A stretch of 64,000 bases of DNA from an uncultured Candidatus Saccharibacteria bacterium (lineage in GTDB: Bacteria > Patescibacteriota > Minisyncoccia > Phycocordibacterales > SBAW01), in assembly GCA_964420015.1 (NCBI GenBank), contig CAYQPO010000005.1, forward strand, positions 6,523 through 70,522, given 5' to 3'. The notes beneath the pieces were generated by a model. That model did no database searches. It was not told the DNA's origin and saw only the letters and a program-made list of their open reading frames with translations. The position numbers and the translations under genes are program-made. Of the stretch, positions 19,408-28,595 are shown one piece after another; within the stretch, counting starts at the first letter, position 1; every line of letters starts with the position of its first letter.

Positions 19408-20877
19408 ATGCTTTCTCCAAGCCAAATACCTCCTGAGGTCGCTCGTGTAATCGCTACGCTCGAGAAAGCGGGTTTTGAGGCATGGATAGTGGGGGGGTGT
19501 GTACGCGATCTGCTCTTGGGTAGAGTGCCCAAAGACTGGGATGTAACCACCAACGCTACGCCTGAGCAAATTCAGGGCCTTTTTGCCAATACCTACTATA
19601 CTAACGAGTTTGGCACTGTAGGTGTGGTCAACGACGACGCGCTCGACGAGCGTCTTAAGGTGGTTGAGGTGACGCCATATCGCTTGGAAGGGAAGTACAG
19701 CGACGCTCGTCGCCCCGACTCGGTGATATTTAGCCAAAAAATCGAGGACGATCTAAAACGCCGCGACTTTACCATCAACGCGCTCGCGTATAGCCCTACA
19801 AAAGGACAACTCCTCGACCCGTATGGGGGGATAAAAGACATAGACGCGCGCGTCATACGTGCAGTTGGAGGCCCTTTAGAGCGTTTTAATGAGGACGGCT
19901 TGCGCATTTTGCGTGCCGTACGGATTTCGGCCGAGTTGGGCTTTGCAATCGACCCGCGCACTGAGCGCGGCATGCGCGATAGTGCTGCTCAATTAGAAAA
20001 AATTTCTAAAGAGCGCATCCGCGATGAGTTTGTGCGTATCCTCAACTCACCTGAGCCTATGAAAGCTCTTATTTTGAGCCATAAATTAGGGATTTTGAAA
20101 TATATCGCCCCCGAGCTCGAGCAGGGGATAGGCGTAGAGCAAAACCAGGCACACAAATACGATGTGTTTGAGCACAACCTGCGCACCCTGCAGCACGCTG
20201 CCGACAAGGAGTGGATGTTTATTGTGCGGCTCGCAGGACTCTTCCACGACGTAGGCAAGCCCAAAAGCCGTCGCTGGAGCGAGGAGAAGCAGGATTGGAC
20301 CTTCCACGGACACGACGTAGTGGGCGCCCGGATGATTAAAAAGATACTCGAGACTCTCAAATTTCCACGTGAAACGATCGACTTGGCCGCCAGTTTGGTA
20401 CGCTGGCACATGTTTTTTAGTGACCCATCGATCGTAACGCTCTCGGCGGTGCGCCGGATCATACAAAATGTTGGCAAAGAGCACATTTGGGACCTTATCA
20501 ACCTACGCATCTGCGACCGCATAGGCACGGGCCGGCCAAAAGAGCAGCCGTTTAGGCTGCGCAAGTATCAGGCCATGATCGAGCAGGCCATGCGCGACCC
20601 AATTTCAGTTGGGATGCTCAAAATCGACGGCCGCCGGCTCATAGAACTCGGCCAAAAGCCGGGGCCGCGCATGGGGTGGACGCTGCATGCGCTCTTAGAG
20701 GAGGTTTTGGACGACCCAAGCAAGAATACGACCGAATATCTAGAGCAACGCGCGGGCCAACTGGCTCAACTTTCAGACAAAGAGCTCCGAGAAGTAGGGG
20801 AGGAGGGCAAAGAGAAAAAGGCTCAGGCCGAAGAGGCTGAAATAAAGGACATTAAGAAAAAATACTTTGTCGACTAG
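19408..20877 (+). CDS. cca: CCA tRNA nucleotidyltransferase with HD domain
   Basis: VGGCVRD, DWDVTT, RRDFTINA, EDGLRILR, FHDVGK; start at ATG 19408 because the track ORF runs through two tRNAs. Confidence 0.92.
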   Translation: MLSPSQIPPEVARVIATLEKAGFEAWIVGGCVRDLLLGRVPKDWDVTTNATPEQIQGLFANTYYTNEFGTVGVVNDDALDERLKVVEVTPYRLEGKYSDARRPDSVIFSQKIEDDLKRRDFTINALAYSPTKGQLLDPYGGIKDIDARVIRAVGGPLERFNEDGLRILRAVRISAELGFAIDPRTERGMRDSAAQLEKISKERIRDEFVRILNSPEPMKALILSHKLGILKYIAPELEQGIGVEQNQAHKYDVFEHNLRTLQHAADKEWMFIVRLAGLFHDVGKPKSRRWSEEKQDWTFHGHDVVGARMIKKILETLKFPRETIDLAASLVRWHMFFSDPSIVTLSAVRRIIQNVGKEHIWDLINLRICDRIGTGRPKEQPFRLRKYQAMIEQAMRDPISVGMLKIDGRRLIELGQKPGPRMGWTLHALLEEVLDDPSKNTTEYLEQRAGQLAQLSDKELREVGEEGKEKKAQAEEAEIKDIKKKYFVD

Positions 20878-21255
20878 ACTTGTCCTTTATGTGGATAAGT
20901 GTCCTTTACCTTGTCCTTTAAAGCGTTAGTATTACAAGCGGTTCAGCTTGCACTACTACGTTCGTAAGCGCGTATAAGCAGCCATTAGTTTTTAACCCTG
21001 TAACTAGTCTGTTGCTTGTATTGTTCGATAGTGCTTACACAAATGTACTGTGGGTAAGTTCTTCGGTCACATAAACGCGTTGTTCGCTGTCTTCTAAACT
21101 TATTGTCTTAGCTCGGCGTAAGCCTCTCAAACTTAGACAACAATCTATAAGCAAAAGGCCTTTACGCTTCTTTGCAGCAGGTTCTGAAGACCCCGGCGAA
21201 CTCCTTCTGCCAACATATCTCTAGTACGGCAGATGAAACCCCTGGTAGACCCCTA

Positions 21256-22071
21256 CTAGGGGTTTATAGTTTTCAAAATCTCCTCGTGTTCGGGAGCGCT
21301 GAGTGCCCAGATATACTCAAAGAGGATTTCAAACGTCTGTCGTATAGCCATATTTTCTATAAGCGTAGTGATTATAGGGCCATCATAGGAGGTGACAGCC
21401 ACTTTGTTGGCATAGATAAACACCTGGGCGGGCACCGACATACGCTCGGCAGGCACCATACGCCGCTCGACCAGGTTTTTTTGATCGGGCTCAATAACCC
21501 AGTAAGGTGCCCCCTTAACCAAAGGGGTGATTGCCCTCGTAGTAATGCCCAGTTTTACCCGCTCTGCCATCTGCCTTGCGATGAGCTCTTTGAGCCCCGG
21601 TTCGTCTCGGTCTTTTACTGAGCGGACGAGCTTTAGGGGTTGTCGCTCGTTGAGCTGGTCTTCGTAGAGCTCGGCTATACCCGACATCCCTTCTAAAATA
21701 CGCACCCCGGGCTGCCCTGCAACAGTATTAAAGTCCGAAATAAGTTTAGTTAAGGCGCTATCCAAGGCATTTTTGGCATTTTTGGCCTCTTCAATTCGCT
21801 TGTCGGCCAACTCTTTGAGTTTGAGCGGGTGAGCCCCTACAAATAAGGCTATCTCGCCGGGTTTGTCGCTTTTAGTGACCAACTCAAGGGCCTCGAGCTC
21901 GCCTAAGAGCTTGTAGCTGAGCGTCCTGGGCACCCCTGCCAAGAAGCTCAACCGGGTGGCAGTAAGTGGACCATGCTGTATTAAGGCCTCATACAGTGCT
22001 GATTGGCCTGGACTGAGCCCAGACTGAGTGAGCGCTTGGCGAACCACCTCGCTGGAGACCTTGTACTCCAT
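21256..22071 (-). CDS. TrmB-family transcriptional regulator (3)
   Basis: GLSPGQSALY...VPRTLSY HTH; LEGMSGI, IYANKVAV. Confidence 0.85.
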   Translation of the reverse strand: MEYKVSSEVVRQALTQSGLSPGQSALYEALIQHGPLTATRLSFLAGVPRTLSYKLLGELEALELVTKSDKPGEIALFVGAHPLKLKELADKRIEEAKNAKNALDSALTKLISDFNTVAGQPGVRILEGMSGIAELYEDQLNERQPLKLVRSVKDRDEPGLKELIARQMAERVKLGITTRAITPLVKGAPYWVIEPDQKNLVERRMVPAERMSVPAQVFIYANKVAVTSYDGPIITTLIENMAIRQTFEILFEYIWALSAPEHEEILKTINP

Positions 22072-22202
22072 AGAAATCCCATACTAAACCAATTGCTTTT
22101 CTTTGTCAAAATAGATTTACAAAAGTAAGCCAAATTTTAATAATATATTGTTAGTAAATGCTAATAAATATAACAAATAGGATACTTTTTGTCTTAAGTC
22201 TA

Positions 22203-22230
22203 TTGACACTCATAAAATATCTGCTATAGT
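22203..22230 (+). promoter_or_regulatory. sigma70-type promoter with extended -10
   Basis: TTGACA-16 bp-TATAGT, with TGn preceding the -10. Confidence 0.65.
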
Positions 22231-22471
22231 GGCTGCAGATTTCAGTTCCCGAAAGGGAGTTGCAAGACCGGCAGGAGGGCCGGGGGTGTGCACACCCGAA
22301 GTCCGATGCACCCGCAGTGGGCAGAATCTGGATGTCGACCTGGGTGCACGCCACCCTAACATCTAGTAGGTCAACTCCCGCGATTTCCCCGACCGCTCGC
22401 TTTTGCGACCGGTCGGGGACTCTACTCAGCCAGTGAATCCTTCATTGGTTGATTGAGCCTCAGGAAGGGAG

Positions 22472-22675
22472 GTGAATTCTATTCGCGATTTCGCTCTCGG
22501 GTTTCTTGCTGCTCTGGTCCTCGTTTGGACCTTCGGCGGCGAGGCTCCTCAGACGGTCCGCGTGGTTTGGGTCGATCTTGGCACCCCTGGTATCTCCGAT
22601 ACATTTGGGGAGGATCAAGACGGCTTCGACCACAGCGGCTCGTATGAGGACCTGCAACCCTCCGAGCAGCGCTAA
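22472..22675 (+). CDS. alternative reading: 67-aa signal/TM-containing protein inside the structured region
   Basis: Purine-rich sequence before GTG and a hydrophobic N-terminus, but nearly the whole ORF folds back on itself. Confidence 0.3.
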   Translation: MNSIRDFALGFLAALVLVWTFGGEAPQTVRVVWVDLGTPGISDTFGEDQDGFDHSGSYEDLQPSEQR

Positions 22676-22780
22676 CCGGCTCCACTGCCCGCCGAACGGG
22701 CACCGGCGCACCGCCTCTCTTGCAGTGGACGCAAGGAGGTTGTCGCAAAACCCAGCGATGTAAAAGCACGGGTAAACATC

Positions 22781-22815
22781 AAAGCCCCTGACCGCAAGGT
22801 TGGGGCTTTCGTTTC
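22781..22815 (+). terminator. intrinsic terminator
   Basis: AAAGCCCC-tgaccgcaaggtt-GGGGCTTT followed by cgtttc. Confidence 0.75.
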
Positions 22816-22849
22816 TAAAATTAAAAAATTAAGGTTATACAATTTATAC

Positions 22850-23539
22850 ATGGTGGATTTTTATAAAGACTGGTACGACGACTTGGTTGCGCACAGCAAC
22901 GAAAAGGGTTTGTTGGTAGAAAAGATAGCCGACCTCCTGCAAGGCAAAACGCATGAGAGTTGTCTTGAAATAGGGCTTGGTACCTCAGCGTACTTTTCAA
23001 AACGGCTTGGCTCATTGTTTAAAGAATACTGGATCATCGAAAAGAATGAATTTGATAGCGCACTGGCTCCAAAAGTGCAGCTCATACAGGGGAACTTTGA
23101 GACCCACCAGTTCGATAAAAAATTTGACGTCGTGATCGCATCGCATGTGGTCTATTATTTTCGTGACCTGCCTAGTGCGGTCAACAAAATAATGACGCTG
23201 CTAAAACCAGGCGGCCGAGCATACTTTGTGGTCAATGGCAAAGAGAGTGACTACGGCCCAATCAAAAACGCTTTTGCAAGTTTTATTGCCAAGCCCTACA
23301 CCTTTACCTACGACACACTCAAACAAGAACTGCGGGGATTCAATACTAAAGAATATACAACCCAAGCCAGCCTCTCGTTTAGTTCGTATGATGACTTGTA
23401 CGAGGCTCTCAAACTCTCTTTTGATCTATACCCTGCAGAGTACAAAACAAACAGAGAAAACGTCATTGCTTGGCTTAAGAAAAATATTGCGGGCGATAAA
23501 TTTTTTATAGATCAGAAAATAATAGAGGTAACAAAATAG
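22850..23539 (+). CDS. class I SAM-dependent methyltransferase
   Basis: LEIGLG, FDVVIASHVVYY, LLKPGG. Confidence 0.85.
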   Translation: MVDFYKDWYDDLVAHSNEKGLLVEKIADLLQGKTHESCLEIGLGTSAYFSKRLGSLFKEYWIIEKNEFDSALAPKVQLIQGNFETHQFDKKFDVVIASHVVYYFRDLPSAVNKIMTLLKPGGRAYFVVNGKESDYGPIKNAFASFIAKPYTFTYDTLKQELRGFNTKEYTTQASLSFSSYDDLYEALKLSFDLYPAEYKTNRENVIAWLKKNIAGDKFFIDQKIIEVTK

Positions 23540-23568
23540 TAATCTCCATACTCAGCAAAAGGCTTTTT

Positions 23569-24375
23569 CTAGCTTTTTAATTCGATGAGCACCGGGCAGT
23601 GGTCGGAGCCAAACACTTGGTCCAAAATCTCGGCCTTTTTAAGGCGGGGGAGGAGTTTTTTAGATACAAACCAGTAGTCGATCCGCCAGCCCACGTTGCG
23701 CGCACGCGCATTGGCCCAGTGGGTCCACCAGGTGTAGTGGCCGTTACCTTTAGGATTAAAATGCCGCCAGCTGTCGACGAAACCCGCAGCAATAATATGG
23801 TCGATGCCCTCGCGCTCTTCAAACGTAAAGCCGTGTTCGCCCACATTGGGTTTAGGATTGGCCAAGTCCTCTTCGGTATGCGCCACGTTGAGGTCGCCAC
23901 AAAACAAAACCGGCTTCTCTTTGTTGAGCCGCTGCATATACTCCAAAAACGCCGGGTCCCACTGCTTGTGCCGCAACTTTAATCGCGAGAGGTCGTCTTT
24001 AGAGTTGGGTGTGTAGCTGGTGACCACAAAAAAGTCGTCGAGCTCGAGCGTGATCACGCGACCCTCTTTGTTAGGGTCGCCGTAGTCGTCTTGGTGGAGC
24101 TTATACTTTTTGCACAAATCCTCGGGGAGGCCATGCATCTCCTCGAGTACTTCCAATCCGTTTCTTACAAAAATCGCGGTGCCGCTATAGCCCTTCTTCT
24201 CCGCACTGTGCCAAAACTCTTGATAGTCTTTTAAATCAATTTCGGCCTGACCGCGGATCGCTTTAGTCTCTTGCAAACACACCACGTCGGGCTTGTACTG
24301 TTTTATAAACGCCTGAAAGTCGCCCCTCTTCACCACCGCTCTAATCCCGTTGACATTCCAACTAGCAAGCCTCAT
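23569..24375 (-). CDS. xth: exodeoxyribonuclease III
   Basis: SWNVNGIRA, LQETK, GDLNVAH, GWRIDY, GSDHCP. Confidence 0.95.
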   Translation of the reverse strand: MRLASWNVNGIRAVVKRGDFQAFIKQYKPDVVCLQETKAIRGQAEIDLKDYQEFWHSAEKKGYSGTAIFVRNGLEVLEEMHGLPEDLCKKYKLHQDDYGDPNKEGRVITLELDDFFVVTSYTPNSKDDLSRLKLRHKQWDPAFLEYMQRLNKEKPVLFCGDLNVAHTEEDLANPKPNVGEHGFTFEEREGIDHIIAAGFVDSWRHFNPKGNGHYTWWTHWANARARNVGWRIDYWFVSKKLLPRLKKAEILDQVFGSDHCPVLIELKS

Positions 24376-24475
24376 GCCCCAAATATACCAAAGTTGACAC
24401 CAAAGGGCATTGCACTATGCTTGAGTTAGAGAAGTTTCTGCGCAGATTATTTTTTATTTTATTTTTCAAAAAACT

Positions 24476-25624
24476 ATGGAAGGCTCAAGCAAAGGATGGC
24501 TCTGGGGCTTGATCATTATTATTGTGCTCGCCCTCGGCGGGTGGTGGTATAGCACACACAACATGGGCGGTTCTGCCGATAATGGTACTGGACCGATAAA
24601 GATTGGCCTGATAGCGCCACTTACTGGTGACGCCGCCACCTACGGCACCATGGACCAAAACGGAGCACAGCTCGCGGTTAAAGAAATTAATGCAGCTGGT
24701 GGTATTGCTGGCCGCCAGGTGGAACTCACCAGCGAGGACGGTAAGTGCACCGGACAAGATGGCTCAAGCGCCGCACAGAAACTCATTAGCACCGATGGTG
24801 TGAGGTACATCATCGGCGGCGGTTGTTCGGGAGAGACTTTTGCTATTGTGCCGATTGCCGAACAGGCTAAAGTGCTCGTGATATCTCCTTCGGCCTCGGC
24901 TCCTAAACTTGCGGGTATAAGCCCGTACTTCTTCCGCAACAACCCGAACGACAACATCCCCGCAGTTGGTCTTGCCGACTACGTTGCAAAGACATACAAG
25001 TCTGTCGCAGTGATATCTGAAAAGACTGACTACGCTCAGGGCTTCAAGGCGGTGTTCCTAAGCGAGGCTGGCAAAAATAATACGAAGATAACTGACACAG
25101 AAGACTACGACCCCACCGTGACCGATTTCCGCACTGTATTACTGAAAATGAAATCGACCAATCCTGGGGTTATCTTCATCAATCCACAGGCTGGTGCGAA
25201 TCTTGCCCGGGTAGCTACTCAGGCACGTCAGGCGGGTATTAATACGCCACTGGTGAGTGCGGTGTTCACCGGTCCAGAAGTGCTTTCTGCCGGCTCGGCA
25301 GTAGAGGGGATGGTGCTTGCCGTGCCGCAGGGCGTTTCGACGCAAGGGAAAGGACCAGAGTTTCTGACAAAATACAAGGCTACCTATAGTGCCGATCCGA
25401 TCTATCAACTATTTGCCGGTGCTGGATATGATGATGTATACCTTATTAAACAAGGTATCGAAGCAGTAGGGAATGATCCGAGCAAGGTTGCCCAATATTG
25501 GCACTCTCTCTCAAACTTCGATGGCGTCTTGGGTGCGTACCACTTCGATCAAAATGGTGACCCCGTAGGTATAACCTCTATCTTGCAAAAAATTCAGAAC
25601 GGCAAGGTAGTAGATGTGCAATAG
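24476..25624 (+). CDS. LivJ/LivK-like ABC substrate-binding protein (1)
   Basis: TM anchor, IKIGLIAPLTG, INAAGGI, EDGKC...GGGCS, TDFRTVL. Confidence 0.9.
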   Translation: MEGSSKGWLWGLIIIIVLALGGWWYSTHNMGGSADNGTGPIKIGLIAPLTGDAATYGTMDQNGAQLAVKEINAAGGIAGRQVELTSEDGKCTGQDGSSAAQKLISTDGVRYIIGGGCSGETFAIVPIAEQAKVLVISPSASAPKLAGISPYFFRNNPNDNIPAVGLADYVAKTYKSVAVISEKTDYAQGFKAVFLSEAGKNNTKITDTEDYDPTVTDFRTVLLKMKSTNPGVIFINPQAGANLARVATQARQAGINTPLVSAVFTGPEVLSAGSAVEGMVLAVPQGVSTQGKGPEFLTKYKATYSADPIYQLFAGAGYDDVYLIKQGIEAVGNDPSKVAQYWHSLSNFDGVLGAYHFDQNGDPVGITSILQKIQNGKVVDVQ

Positions 25625-25683
25625 AGTAGGGGAAAATTCACAAGCAAAACCCCGTCCTGAGCAAGTCGAAGGGCGGGCTTTTG

Positions 25684-26451
25684 TTATTGTTTGAGCGTCG
25701 AGTCGACGTAGCGAAAAAGTTCTTTCATCATCTTGGCGATTTCTGCGTCCTTGACGAGGATTGCCAAATGCCCGCTCTCTCGGTACGACGCCATAAAAAC
25801 TTTGTCGTCATAAATCACCACCTCCATGTCGAACTGATAGCCAGGCGGCAGTAACTTCATGTCGCGCATCTGCTGCGGGTCGAGCGACTTAAATTTGCGG
25901 AGCGTCGGTGTGTCGGTCGCCACCGTGTAGGCATGGATGCCCGCGCTCGTTCGTTTGTTGATGTATGCGTTGATCCAGTCGTAGCCCATCGCCTCGAGCG
26001 TCACATCGCCGCCCAAAAACCCGTACATAACCTTGCCCTTGTTATGCTCGACAGTATCTTCATACGCTTGCTTGATTCCTTCAATGCCTTCGAAGTACTG
26101 TATCCGGGTTGTTTGATTGCTCCGCGTACGCAAAAGTTTAAGCTCGGGTAAAAGTTGATTAAGTTGCTTCTTGCTCTCCTCAAGCGCTGCCCGACGGCGT
26201 TCGAGATACCCGGGGAGCATTTCGGGGGCGATCGCTTGGAAGCGGGTTGCACCTTGCTTTTTAGTCTGAGAGACTAGCCCCAGTGCAGCAAGTTCGTGGA
26301 CAATATCGTAAGTAGTAGTGCGGTTAAGCTTTGCCTCCTTAGCTATCGCCGCGACCAGCATCGGACCGCTTTCGAGTAGCACGCTAAATACGGCGTTTTG
26401 TTTTTCGCTCAAATTGAGCACGTCGAGAGCTTTCTTAAGTGCGGGGATCAT
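25684..26451 (-). CDS. TrmB-family transcriptional regulator (4)
   Basis: LNRTTTYD HTH, YFEGIEGIK, IYDDKV; start moved to ATG 26451. Confidence 0.85.
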   Translation of the reverse strand: MIPALKKALDVLNLSEKQNAVFSVLLESGPMLVAAIAKEAKLNRTTTYDIVHELAALGLVSQTKKQGATRFQAIAPEMLPGYLERRRAALEESKKQLNQLLPELKLLRTRSNQTTRIQYFEGIEGIKQAYEDTVEHNKGKVMYGFLGGDVTLEAMGYDWINAYINKRTSAGIHAYTVATDTPTLRKFKSLDPQQMRDMKLLPPGYQFDMEVVIYDDKVFMASYRESGHLAILVKDAEIAKMMKELFRYVDSTLKQ

Positions 26452-26574
26452 AGCAAAATAGTTGTTGTGGAAAAGTACCGACAGTTTAGTGCAGAAATTG
26501 TTGACTGTCAAACAGGCTATGGTATTTTAGTGTTGCAGTTTTTAGTCAGGTTCGACTAACTAGGCTTATTTTAT

Positions 26575-27708
26575 ATGTCAACTTCACTTAAATGGGTTTG
26601 GGGGCTTGCCGTAGTGATTGTGGTCGCGTTCGGCGCCTATTACATCTCCAAAAATTCCCAGGATAACAGCACCGGTCCTATTAAAGTCGGCTTCATTGCG
26701 CCCCTCACTGGTGATGCCGGCTCTATTGGTGTCTCCATGCAACACGCTGTAGAACTCGCGGTTGATGAACAAAACGCCGCAGGAGGGATCAGTGGTCGCC
26801 CCGTACAGGTGATATACGAAGACGGCAAATGTGGCAAAGATGCTGCCAACGCCGCACAAAAACTTGTTAACGTGGACGGTGTTAAATACATTCTTGGCGG
26901 CGCATGCTCGGGTGAGACGCTCGCGGCCGCGCCAATCGCAGAGGCAAGCCGTGTGATCTTGTTTACGTCAGTATCCAGCTCACCGGATATTACTACCGCG
27001 GGCGATTATATCTTCCGCAATTTTGCTTCTGATTCGACTTCAGGTGAAAAGATTGCGCAAGCGGTCAATGCCCGCGGCTACAAAAAAGTGGCCGTTATCG
27101 CCGAACAGACCGACTACGCACAGGCGATCAAGAAAGTGTTTGAGACTAAATTCCAAGCGCTTGGCGGCTCGATTGTTGCAGACGAAGGGTATAACACCGA
27201 CAGCAAAGACTTTCGCACTACGCTCGCCAAGATCAAAACTTCCGGCGCAGATGCGCTCTACCTCATTCCGCAATCACCGGCGGCTGGGCAGATCTTGCTT
27301 GAGCAGGTCCGCGCTGCAGGCATCATCCTGCCGAAGTTCTCCAACGAGCTCGTAACCACGGATTCGTTCCTCAAATCAGGCGTGTCAGAGGGCATCACGT
27401 ATGCAGAAGTCGACTTCGATCAAAACGCGCCGCTTGCAAAACAATTCTTCGAAAAGTTTACTGCGCGTTTTGGAACACTCGATGCAAACACCCCACCTGT
27501 GTATCTCGCTTCGCAATATGATACCGCCAAGCTCCTCTTCGAAACTATTGCAAAGGCGGGGAACTCGGCCGATCAAGTAAAAGATGCTCTCTACAAAGTA
27601 AGCGGCTGGCAAGGCACCGCAGGCACGGTGACCATGGACAAAAACGGCGACGCCGTAAAATCCTACACGCTCAAAGTAATTAAAGACGGAAAAGCAGTTA
27701 CACTCTAG
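26575..27708 (+). CDS. LivJ/LivK-like ABC substrate-binding protein (2)
   Basis: IKVGFIAPLTG, EDGKC...GGACS, AGDYIFR, DFRTTL. Confidence 0.9.
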   Translation: MSTSLKWVWGLAVVIVVAFGAYYISKNSQDNSTGPIKVGFIAPLTGDAGSIGVSMQHAVELAVDEQNAAGGISGRPVQVIYEDGKCGKDAANAAQKLVNVDGVKYILGGACSGETLAAAPIAEASRVILFTSVSSSPDITTAGDYIFRNFASDSTSGEKIAQAVNARGYKKVAVIAEQTDYAQAIKKVFETKFQALGGSIVADEGYNTDSKDFRTTLAKIKTSGADALYLIPQSPAAGQILLEQVRAAGIILPKFSNELVTTDSFLKSGVSEGITYAEVDFDQNAPLAKQFFEKFTARFGTLDANTPPVYLASQYDTAKLLFETIAKAGNSADQVKDALYKVSGWQGTAGTVTMDKNGDAVKSYTLKVIKDGKAVTL

Positions 27709-27728
27709 CTGAGCTATACTGAGGGCGC

Positions 27729-28595
27729 ATGGACATCGTCGTCCAAATTATCCTCAACGCCGTCATCGCAGGCGCGATCTATGCGCTGCTTGCGCTCGGG
27801 TTTAATCTCCTCTACTCAACAGCGCGCTTCTTCGACTTAGGCTACGGCGCGATGACGGCGGTCGGAGGCTACTCGGTTTTTTGGCTCTACAAAATGGTCG
27901 GGTTGCCGCTGTGGCCCGCGATCATACTCGGTGTTGCCCTCACCGGCGTGTTGGGGTTTGTGGTGGAGAAGGTGGTCTACCGACCGCTGCGCTTGCGCAA
28001 AGCGTCTAACACCGTGCTCCTCATCGCCTCGCTCGGCGTGCTCACGGTCTTGCAAGCAGTGATCGCGATCCTCTTTAGTAGCCAGTTTCAAACGCTTGCC
28101 AAAGACATCGGCTCCGTTCAAACCTATCAACTCTTTGGCGGCGTGATCACGCAGACGCAGGTGCTCATCTTGGTGGGCGCGCTCGTCGTTATGGCGGCGC
28201 TCGGCCTCGTACTCAAATACAGCCGCGTGGGCAAAGCGGTACGCGCGGTCGCCGACGACGAAGAGGTTGCCAAAATTGTTGGGGTCAACACCGAAATGAT
28301 TATCGGCGGCGTGTTTTTTGTCGGCGCGCTCATCGGCGCGCTCGCCGGAGTGAGTGTAGGCTTCGACACCGGCGTGCAGCCAACAATGGGGCTCTCGCTC
28401 CTTTTAAAAGCGATCGTCGCCTCGATCATCGGCGGGATTGGGAGCGTATGGGGTGGGGTGTTGGGCGCGTTTGTACTTGCACTGATTGAAAACCTCGGCG
28501 CATGGCAGTTTAGCGGCGAGTGGAAGGACGCGATCGCATTCGCAGTTCTTATTCTTTTCCTTTTATTCAGGCCGCAAGGGATCCTAGGAAAATAA
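27729..28595 (+). CDS. livH: branched-chain amino acid ABC permease, LivH-like
   Basis: IYALLALG, GKAVRAV, IIGGIGS, RPQGILG. Confidence 0.88.
   Translation: MDIVVQIILNAVIAGAIYALLALGFNLLYSTARFFDLGYGAMTAVGGYSVFWLYKMVGLPLWPAIILGVALTGVLGFVVEKVVYRPLRLRKASNTVLLIASLGVLTVLQAVIAILFSSQFQTLAKDIGSVQTYQLFGGVITQTQVLILVGALVVMAALGLVLKYSRVGKAVRAVADDEEVAKIVGVNTEMIIGGVFFVGALIGALAGVSVGFDTGVQPTMGLSLLLKAIVASIIGGIGSVWGGVLGAFVLALIENLGAWQFSGEWKDAIAFAVLILFLLFRPQGILGK

Larger units (their letters stand above)
22237..22815 (+). ncRNA. candidate large structured ncRNA (~580 nt), family not recognised
   Basis: Bounded by a promoter and a terminator; dense helices with G-U pairs on the + strand; possible pseudoknots. Confidence 0.55.

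Noticed and set aside
20878-21255. oriC
   Set aside because: Only one perfect DnaA box and no adjacent dnaA or dnaN; evidence is insufficient.
22286-22366. 26-codon GTG ORF after AGGAGG (VCTPEVRCTRSG...)
   Set aside because: The SD-like sequence lies in a hairpin loop of the structured region and there is no independent coding evidence.
22237-22815. tmRNA, RNase P RNA, SRP RNA or group I/II intron identity for the structured region
   Set aside because: Only fragmentary resemblances (GGTCAACTCCCGC, GAAGTCCG, GCAAAACCC). There is no tRNA-like acceptor/T arm, no complementary P4 pair, no SRP GGAA helix and no intron core motifs.
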